Positions 57,652-64,000 of a stretch of 64,000 bases of DNA are shown piece after piece; the stretch's first letter is position 1, and every line of letters begins with the position of its first letter. Below the pieces are notes generated by a model. That model had not been told where the DNA came from. It ran no database searches and saw nothing but the letters and a program-made list of their open reading frames with translations. The translations under genes were made by a program, and so were the position numbers. This DNA is from Anaerolineales bacterium (GTDB taxonomy: Bacteria; Chloroflexota; Anaerolineae; UBA1429), in assembly GCA_046538105.1 (NCBI GenBank), contig JBKHJO010000008.1, forward strand, positions 79-64,078, read 5' to 3'.

Positions 57652-57939
57652 TTACAACTCGACGGTGACAGTCTGGTCTCCCAGTGTTACCTGATCGCCC
57701 GGCTGTAGCTTTCTGCTACGGTGTGTTTCCAATTCCCCGTTGACAAAGACGTATCCTCCCTGGATCAGGTGTTTGGCCTGACCTCCGGACATTGCCAGAC
57801 CGGAGAGTTTCATGAACTGATCCAGACGAATGATCTGATCCTGCTCGTTGTTTTCGGGCACCTTTTTTCTCCTCTCTGGGGGGCGATGGCCGCTGAAAAT
57901 GCGCAGGTGGGCGAAAAGGACTTTTCTTTCCATCTGCAC
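57652..57939 (-). CDS. S4-domain RNA-binding protein (YbcJ-like)
   Basis: The C-terminal 60 aa read IRLDQFMKLSGLAMSGGQAKHLIQGGYVFVNGELETHRSRKLQPGDQVTL, matching the YbcJ S4 fold. The N-terminal 35 aa of the ORF are probably not translated (internal start). Confidence 0.6.
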   Translation of the reverse strand: MQMERKVLFAHLRIFSGHRPPERRKKVPENNEQDQIIRLDQFMKLSGLAMSGGQAKHLIQGGYVFVNGELETHRSRKLQPGDQVTLGDQTVTVEL

Positions 57940-57966
57940 ACTCGTGCTCGTGGCGTTGGTATCCTA

Positions 57967-59619
57967 TTACTTGCCCGGACACTGGGCTTTTACTTTTGGA
58001 TCCAGGTTCTTGTCACCATACGCCCTGTCAAAATGATCAGAAAAGTCCTGGGCCAACGCCCTGGCCCGTCTGTCATACGCGCCCTTGTCCACCCACGTAT
58101 TCCGGGGATAAAGGATGTTGGAGGGGATGCCGGGGATCTCTTGGGGAATCATGACGTGAAAGGTCTCATCCTCGACGTAGTGCGCGTTCGACAGTTGTCC
58201 ATTCAGGGCGGCGTCTACGATGGTGCGAGTAAGGTTGATATCCATGCGTTCTCCGATGCCAAAAGGCCCTCCACTCCATCCTGTGTTTACGAGATAGACC
58301 TGTGTACCATGTCTCTCCATCAACTCCCCCAACATGCGGGCATAGACATCGGGGTTGCGGGGCATAAAGGGTTCAGCAAAGAACCGGGAGAAAGTGGATA
58401 CGGGATCGACAATGCCTGTTTCCGTTCCTGCCAGCTTGCTGGTATAGCCCATAAGAAACCAAAGCATGGCCTGCTCTGGCGTCAATTTGGCAATTGGTGG
58501 AAGCACGCCATTGGCGTCGGCAGTCAGGAAGAGGATGGTCTTGGGATGCCCGCTGGTGGACTCTTTTTTTACGTTGCTTAAAAAGTCAAGGGGGTAGGAA
58601 GCGCGCGAGTTGGGCGTGAGTCTCTCGTCGTCCAGGTCAAATGTCCCGTCGGGATAGATCATGGCATTCTCCACGATGGCGCCGTGGTCTAAATAGTGCG
58701 CTTCATGGAAGACAGCACGATAAATCTCGGGCTCTTTTTCGGGACTCAGGTTGATGAGCTTGGCGTAGCAACCGTTCTCAAAGTTGGCTATGCCGTTTTC
58801 GCTCCAACCATGCTCATCGTCTCCAAGCAGAGCCCGCTGGGGATCGGCTGACAGGGTCGTCTTACCCGTACCCGAAAGACCCAGTAACAAAGCGCAGTCC
58901 CCGTTGGGCCCCTCGTTGGCCGAGCAGTGAAGGGGTAGAATGCCTGCGTCGGTCAGAATATAGTTCATGACTGTAAACAGTGTCTTCTTCACACTGCCAC
59001 CATAGGCCGACCCATAGATGACAGCCGTCATGCGATCAAAATCCATGGCGACAGCCATGTTCGACGTCTCACCATTGGAAAGTTTACGCAACCGCCCCTC
59101 GTACTTGGCGGCGTCCAGTTTGTCGTAGGGACAGACGAGGATGATAAATTCGCTTTTAGCGAATATGCTATGCTCCATATCCGCGGGCACGGGACGGAAC
59201 ATGTTATCCGTCAACAGGGCCGTCAGGGCATAATCGCCAATAGTGCGTACCGGTAATGCGTAACTGCTGTCCGCCCCGACTACCCGATCTGTAACGTAGA
59301 GACGCTCCTTTTGAGCCAGGGTACTCAGCGCATCCTCCAGCAACATCTCAAAGGTTTCGGGGTCCAGGGGAATATTGTTGGGGGAATCCCAGTCGATGGT
59401 CTCCTTGGTTTCTGGATGCGCGACGATGTAGGTGTCCTTGGGGCTTCGTCCCGTCGATTCGGGGGGCGTCCACGTGGCCAGGGCGCCATTTGCCGCGACC
59501 AGCGCCTCTCTATTATCCACAGCGGCCTGTATCATAGTTTGTCGCGATGGATTCTTGGCCCCATGAGGGTGACCTTCCAATAATGCGGTCACTTTTTCTT
59601 GGAAAACGTGCATGCTCAT
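57967..59619 (-). CDS. pckA: Phosphoenolpyruvate carboxykinase (ATP)
   Basis: The kinase-1a motif is GLSGTGKTTLS. The start is probably the ATG at 59617-59619 (MSMHVFQ) with AAGAGG upstream. Confidence 0.9.
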   Translation of the reverse strand: MSMHVFQEKVTALLEGHPHGAKNPSRQTMIQAAVDNREALVAANGALATWTPPESTGRSPKDTYIVAHPETKETIDWDSPNNIPLDPETFEMLLEDALSTLAQKERLYVTDRVVGADSSYALPVRTIGDYALTALLTDNMFRPVPADMEHSIFAKSEFIILVCPYDKLDAAKYEGRLRKLSNGETSNMAVAMDFDRMTAVIYGSAYGGSVKKTLFTVMNYILTDAGILPLHCSANEGPNGDCALLLGLSGTGKTTLSADPQRALLGDDEHGWSENGIANFENGCYAKLINLSPEKEPEIYRAVFHEAHYLDHGAIVENAMIYPDGTFDLDDERLTPNSRASYPLDFLSNVKKESTSGHPKTILFLTADANGVLPPIAKLTPEQAMLWFLMGYTSKLAGTETGIVDPVSTFSRFFAEPFMPRNPDVYARMLGELMERHGTQVYLVNTGWSGGPFGIGERMDINLTRTIVDAALNGQLSNAHYVEDETFHVMIPQEIPGIPSNILYPRNTWVDKGAYDRRARALAQDFSDHFDRAYGDKNLDPKVKAQCPGK

Positions 59620-59739
59620 CTTGGGGCCTCTTTTTCTCTTATCCATTACTTGAAAAAGTTAAACTTTGCCTCTCTTTGGACTGTCCCACCGTCATTATAT
59701 GGAATGGCAAAAATCACTGCCTACAAGGATGATATAACA

Positions 59740-59795
59740 GAAAAGAGCAGGGTCAAAATTGAGAATGGCGTTCCTTGCTTGACCCTGCTCTTTTC
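59740..59795. repeat. 17-bp perfect inverted repeat with a 22-nt spacer in the pckA / PHP-gene divergent intergenic region
   Basis: GAAAAGAGCAGGGTCAA (59740-59756) and TTGACCCTGCTCTTTTC (59779-59795) are exact reverse complements. Read directly from the sequence. Confidence 0.8.
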
Positions 59796-59839
59796 CGCCG
59801 CTACAATGGAGACATCTTATACTCTCAAGGAGTTTTCGC

Positions 59840-60784
59840 ATGACAAATACCGTGTTTCATCTCGCCCCCTTTTCTCTGCCTGGACGATGGTTCAAAGGCA
59901 ACGTTCACACGCATACCACCCAATCTGATGGCCTTTTTTCGCCACAACAGGCCATCGATTGGTATCGTCGGCGTGGATATGATTTTCTGGCCATAACTGA
60001 TCACTGGGTATTGACGCCCGGAAAGGTCATAGATGACGGCTTTGTCACCATCACGGGTACAGAGGTGGATGGCGCAGGCTATCACATGCTTGCTTTGGGG
60101 CTGGGCGCGCTGCCGGATCAGGAGGACGCGGATGCGATACAGCAGGTCACCGACAGTGTCCTTGCGGCGGGCGGGCTTCCCTTTATAGCGCATCCCTACT
60201 GGACGGGACAGACGTCGGCCGAAATTGCCGCCGTCGAGGGAATTGTGGGGCTCGAGGTCTTTAATTCTGTCTGTGAAAAGATGACCGGCCTTGGCCATTC
60301 CCGCGTGCATTGGGACGAGGTGCTGGCCCGGAGCAGACATCTGACAGGTTTGGCCGTCGATGACACACACTGGAAACATGGTGCGGCGGGAAAAGGATTC
60401 ATCATGGTACGCTGTGAGGCGCTTGATGAGGGACAGATCTTAAAGGCGATAGGCGACGGACATTTCTATGCTTCCACTGGGCCCATCATAGAGGATCTGC
60501 GACTGATGGAGGGAGAAGAGGGACAGTTACAGTTGCATGTGGATTGTAGCCCCTGTCGGAGCGTAACCTTTTACGCCCAAAAGAGCAAGGGGCGTCGCTT
60601 CGAGGCTGAGGAAGGTGACACACTGGAAAATGCCAGTTATCCGGTGCGCGAGGAGCAGCTCTATCTGCGGGTCGAATGTGTGGATCGGGCTGGGGATGTA
60701 GCATGGACAAATCCTATTTTTGTGAGAGACGGTAAAGTAGCATTGTGTAGTGGCAGAGTTGCCACGCTTTGGAAAGGATGTTGA
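59840..60784 (+). CDS. PHP-domain / CehA-McbA-family metallohydrolase
   Basis: 314 aa ORF. Reads GNVHTHTTQSDG...ITDHW. Later His-rich metal-site blocks follow. Confidence 0.7.
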   Translation: MTNTVFHLAPFSLPGRWFKGNVHTHTTQSDGLFSPQQAIDWYRRRGYDFLAITDHWVLTPGKVIDDGFVTITGTEVDGAGYHMLALGLGALPDQEDADAIQQVTDSVLAAGGLPFIAHPYWTGQTSAEIAAVEGIVGLEVFNSVCEKMTGLGHSRVHWDEVLARSRHLTGLAVDDTHWKHGAAGKGFIMVRCEALDEGQILKAIGDGHFYASTGPIIEDLRLMEGEEGQLQLHVDCSPCRSVTFYAQKSKGRRFEAEEGDTLENASYPVREEQLYLRVECVDRAGDVAWTNPIFVRDGKVALCSGRVATLWKGC

Positions 60785-60787
60785 CAG

Positions 60788-61753
60788 ATGAAGACAAAGA
60801 GGACGTGGCCCTGGATTGTGGCCATCATCGGTATGGTGTTGGTCTTGAGTTGTGGTGGAATGACGCTTCTATCCTTCTTCATAGTCGTTTCTTCGGGAGC
60901 AGAAGGTTGGGCCCCAAGGGGTACTGTGGCCGTCGTCAAGGTCCATGGCGCCATCGTCAGCGGCGAGGCACCCGGGGGATTTGGCGGACAGAGCATGGTT
61001 TATTCCGATACCCTCGTGGATTGGATAGAGGAGGCGACAGAGAATCCCCGTGTGGCGGCCATCGTGCTGGATGTGAATAGTCCTGGTGGTGGTGTCGTGG
61101 CCAGCGCGTATATCCATGAGGCGTTGGTCGAGTGTCCCAAGCCGGTCGTCGTCAGTATGGGCGATACGGCCGCTTCTGGTGGATACTATATCTCCTCTGG
61201 CGCCCAGTACATCTTTGCACATCCGGCGACCATCACGGGCAGTATCGGGGTGATACTCAGTTTTGTCAACGCCGAGGAGTTGGCGGAAAAACTTGGTATC
61301 ACGATGGAGGTGATCAAAAGCGGTCCCTTTAAAGATCAAGGGAGCTGGCACCGCTCGCTGGAGGAGCAGGAGCGAGAACTCTTGCAGTCCTTTATCGACG
61401 AGGCCTATGATGATTTCGTTCAGGTTATAGTTGAGGGACGTGATCTATCGGAAGAGTATGTGAGAACCTATGCCGACGGACGCATCTTCAGTGGCAAGAG
61501 GGCTGTGGAATTGGGATTCGTGGACGCCACGGGCGATCTGGAGGACGCCATCGACAAGGCTGCCGAACTGGGTGGCATCAGGCGGGAACCGGAGATTCTT
61601 CGCTTTGAGGGCGAACCTTCCTTTTTTGATCTTTTATCCAGTGCTCTGGCACGCCTCGAGACGCCGTCGGAGGTGGCTCTGTATCGCGAGATCGTGCGGC
61701 ACGACAGGCCGACCTTGCAGTACCTGTACACCGATTCTGGTGTAGGTGAGTAG
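60788..61753 (+). CDS. sppA: Signal peptide peptidase SppA (36K type)
   Basis: 321 aa ORF. An N-terminal TM anchor is present. The ClpP/crotonase-like core has the catalytic Ser context GDTAASGGYYIS and a Lys region. Confidence 0.85.
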   Translation: MKTKRTWPWIVAIIGMVLVLSCGGMTLLSFFIVVSSGAEGWAPRGTVAVVKVHGAIVSGEAPGGFGGQSMVYSDTLVDWIEEATENPRVAAIVLDVNSPGGGVVASAYIHEALVECPKPVVVSMGDTAASGGYYISSGAQYIFAHPATITGSIGVILSFVNAEELAEKLGITMEVIKSGPFKDQGSWHRSLEEQERELLQSFIDEAYDDFVQVIVEGRDLSEEYVRTYADGRIFSGKRAVELGFVDATGDLEDAIDKAAELGGIRREPEILRFEGEPSFFDLLSSALARLETPSEVALYREIVRHDRPTLQYLYTDSGVGE

Positions 61754-61816
61754 GCGCCAGCGGCTTTGAGCAATCCCTTTTCCTATCTCAACCATTGGCA
61801 AAGAGGAGGGTTCTAT

Positions 61817-62686
61817 ATGCGTGATATGAGACGTTCTCTGCTCGATGCCGATCCTGCGTTGAGCAGGTTCGATCCCTTGTCCCGGATCATCTTCTACGAC
61901 GACTTTGATCGCGGGTTGCAGGGATGGTCCGAGCTGATCGGCAACTATGAGGGCACCTTGGATAGCATGCTGCCAGCGTATGCGGATCTTCGTCCGCCTA
62001 TGCTAAGCAGTGCCACCATGTGGGACACGGGCACGGCGGGCTCTATGATGGGCACCTATGCCCTCAAACTGGCCACGCGGCCCCGTCGTGGGCATATCGC
62101 GGCCAGTCTCAAGCGCGTCACCCGGCGTCATCGGGGGCCAGTCCGCCTCGAGGCCTTTTTCACCTTCAAGCCTGAGGCTACAAAGATGGTTCTATCCAGC
62201 AAAGACGTGCGGTCTGTAGGGGTGCTCTTTGATATCCAGGATCAGGAGGAGCGCTGGATGCCTCATCTGCGTTATCTGAATGCCGCGAATGGTGAGGCCA
62301 TGGAAAAGTGGCAGTTCAAGCGCCAGCGGGAGCCCCTGCGCGAGATTGGGGATAGTGGAGAAACCCGCTCCCACTTTCATCTGGCGCCGACCGGATGGGA
62401 GGATGTGCCCGGCGGAGATCAGCCCCTGTGCTATAACGAGATCGCCACCAAGCAGAATTGGCATTATTTGCGGCTGGACATCGATCTGGGCACGCGGCAG
62501 ATTACAGCGCTACAGTGCAATGAGCGCGTTCACGATGTGGAGAGGGTGGAGCCCATGGTCATGCCGGCCATGCCCAATCTCTGGTCCATGTTGAACGTGC
62601 TCTTTTGGGTGGAGGCGGATACCGCCAAACGCACCTTTCTCTATCTGGATTCGGTGTGTCTTTCGGGAGAGTGGAGTTCACCATGA
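61817..62686 (+). CDS. Hypothetical protein (289 aa), possible concanavalin-A-like jelly-roll (DUF1080-like FDG..L.GW motif)
   Basis: The start is the ATG at 61817 with AAGAGGAGGG 7 nt upstream. The track ORF starts 51 nt earlier. Motif: IFYDDFDRGLQGWSEL. Confidence 0.55.
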   Translation: MRDMRRSLLDADPALSRFDPLSRIIFYDDFDRGLQGWSELIGNYEGTLDSMLPAYADLRPPMLSSATMWDTGTAGSMMGTYALKLATRPRRGHIAASLKRVTRRHRGPVRLEAFFTFKPEATKMVLSSKDVRSVGVLFDIQDQEERWMPHLRYLNAANGEAMEKWQFKRQREPLREIGDSGETRSHFHLAPTGWEDVPGGDQPLCYNEIATKQNWHYLRLDIDLGTRQITALQCNERVHDVERVEPMVMPAMPNLWSMLNVLFWVEADTAKRTFLYLDSVCLSGEWSSP

Positions 62687-63015
62687 TTCGTCAGAGCTAC
62701 ACGGCCGTTGTGGAGCGGAACGTCCTATGGGAAGGGGATTTTGTCACAGAGCCCTATGAATGCGGCTGGGCCACGGAGGCTATCTTGTTCGTTCGCCAGC
62801 TCGAGTCCCAGGGAACATTGATGGGGACGCATCTTCACGTGCAGATATCCCCCGATGGCATGCATTGGTGTGACGAGGGCACGGTGATGCGGTTGACGGG
62901 CGCTGAGGTGGATTTCTGCAAGGTAGTCCACTTTGGCAACTGGCTCCGCCTGCAGGGCGAACTCCCCGAAGGCGCCACTATGCGCGTGATCGTGACCCTG
63001 GTCCTGAAAGAGTAG
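62683..63015 (+). CDS. Hypothetical protein (110 aa), translationally coupled to the upstream gene
   Basis: ATGA start/stop overlap at 62683-62686. Reads MIRQSYTAVVERNVLWEG.... No recognisable domain. Confidence 0.5.
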   Translation: MIRQSYTAVVERNVLWEGDFVTEPYECGWATEAILFVRQLESQGTLMGTHLHVQISPDGMHWCDEGTVMRLTGAEVDFCKVVHFGNWLRLQGELPEGATMRVIVTLVLKE

Positions 63016-63052
63016 ATGAGCTTCTTTTCCGTGGGGATGCCCGAAATGGGGA

Positions 63053-64000
63053 CTATACACGGTTCGCGTCCTCCCGGGCCAGCAGTTCTAGGAACGCTTT
63101 GGCCTCCTGAGCCGTCATTTCTTCCTGAATGTGTAGGAGAAAGCCCTTGCCGCCCAGGTTCTTTACGATGGTGCGCGCGCCTTCCGCTGTCACAAAGAGC
63201 TGACAGAGCTTTCCGCCGGCAATGATGCGCTCCAAGAGGCCCAACCACTCCTCTGGTGGCGGCGCACCATCCCCGGGAATCCACTGAATGCCGTGCAGAC
63301 CACGTATCTGCATAAGCAAGTCCAGATGGGGGATCTGTCCCGCGCCATCCAGGTGATAGAAGCCGTGATCGAGATGCGCACAGCAGGTTGTTAGATCCGG
63401 CACCACAAAACGCTCGAACATCTCGGGCGAGATCATGTAGGCAAAATCGCATTGCAGCATATAGGTTCGCCCCTCTGACCATATGGGGGCCCAGGGGGTC
63501 GTGCCCCTACAGGTCGGTCGAATGATGCCGTCTAGCTCATCGTAGTAGCGCAGCCACAGTTGCGTCACTTCCCGTACCAGGCGGTCGATCTCCTCCGGTG
63601 CGTCATACAGATCATAGAGGAGATTTTGTGTCGTGCGAAAGGAGGCTATGATGTCCAGATTCCCTCCCAGATCTGTATGGGAGACCTGAACCTCACCCTC
63701 CCACGCCTTCACGGCGGCACGGGTTAGCTCCTGAATGCGCAACCACCAGAGATTGTCTGGGTCATAGCTGAAGGTCAGCTCCGAGGGCTCGTGCATGATG
63801 CGGGGCTCAAACCAGACCGTTTCGGGCACGCTGTGCACGCGGGCGCCCAGAAAGCCGGCCACGATACCGGGGCCAAAGTTCACCCACCAGCGTGGAAAGG
63901 CATCGCCATAGTACCTCGTTGCCTCCAGTTGGAGGGAAACGTCGCGGATGATCTCCTCTGCCGGTGTGTCTAGCGGATAGTTGCTGGCGAACTTTTTTAT
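63053..64000 (-). CDS. Uroporphyrinogen-decarboxylase (URO-D)-like family protein. The 5' end lies beyond the window end.
   Basis: The minus-strand frame stays open to the window edge (…FASNYPLDTPAEEIIRDVSLQLEATRYYGDAFPRWWVNFGPGIVAGF…). The M at 63883 in the track is internal. Confidence 0.55.
   Translation of the reverse strand: MKKFASNYPLDTPAEEIIRDVSLQLEATRYYGDAFPRWWVNFGPGIVAGFLGARVHSVPETVWFEPRIMHEPSELTFSYDPDNLWWLRIQELTRAAVKAWEGEVQVSHTDLGGNLDIIASFRTTQNLLYDLYDAPEEIDRLVREVTQLWLRYYDELDGIIRPTCRGTTPWAPIWSEGRTYMLQCDFAYMISPEMFERFVVPDLTTCCAHLDHGFYHLDGAGQIPHLDLLMQIRGLHGIQWIPGDGAPPPEEWLGLLERIIAGGKLCQLFVTAEGARTIVKNLGGKGFLLHIQEEMTAQEAKAFLELLAREDANRV

Overview
This is a high-GC (roughly 60%) bacterial chromosomal window with dense coding on both strands and GGAGG-type ribosome-binding sites. 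It carries a conserved rpsB-tsf-pyrH-frr-uppS-cdsA block, and the gene content looks Chloroflexota-like, although the taxon cannot be proven from sequence alone. The window contains dnaA on the minus strand at 3516-4886, flanked by two AT-rich non-coding islands. One island has a perfect DnaA box (TGTGGATAA at 5318-5326), so this is very probably the chromosomal origin region. Around it sits a large, regulator-poor set of carbohydrate and sugar-acid catabolic genes: two paralogous PF12831-like FAD oxidoreductases, a lipoprotein combining five CarbPepD_reg repeats with a DUF4015 glycoside-hydrolase-like domain, two clan GH-A hydrolases, two enolase-superfamily dehydratase-like genes, two xylose-isomerase-like TIM barrels, a Gfo/Idh/MocA oxidoreductase, an alkaline-phosphatase-superfamily phosphodiesterase and a formamidase. 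Housekeeping genes include mtaB, proB-proA, murI, pckA, rtcA, a dus gene, ttcA-like, sppA, phoU and a Ca-type P-type ATPase. There are two tRNAs, Val-TAC on the plus strand and Arg-CCT on the minus strand. No CRISPR array, IS element, integrase or prophage is visible. Items worth a second look are listed here. (1) A 7TM-GAF-sigma-region-4-like membrane regulator. (2) Two co-oriented genes of unknown function (561 aa acidic protein plus 141 aa Cys-rich protein) immediately downstream of tRNA-Val. (3) A translationally coupled pair of unknown genes at 61817-63015. (4) A PadR operon with two coiled-coil-tailed NifX/NafY-like proteins. (5) A ComEA-type HhH protein with inverted topology and a long acidic low-complexity tract. 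(6) A decayed MATE transporter pseudogene. (7) A frameshifted tandem-GNAT gene. (8) A 17-bp perfect inverted repeat in the pckA divergent intergenic region. (9) A glycoside hydrolase translationally coupled to an orphan solute-binding protein. Many six-frame ORFs on the opposite strand of real genes are GC-driven shadow ORFs and were rejected.
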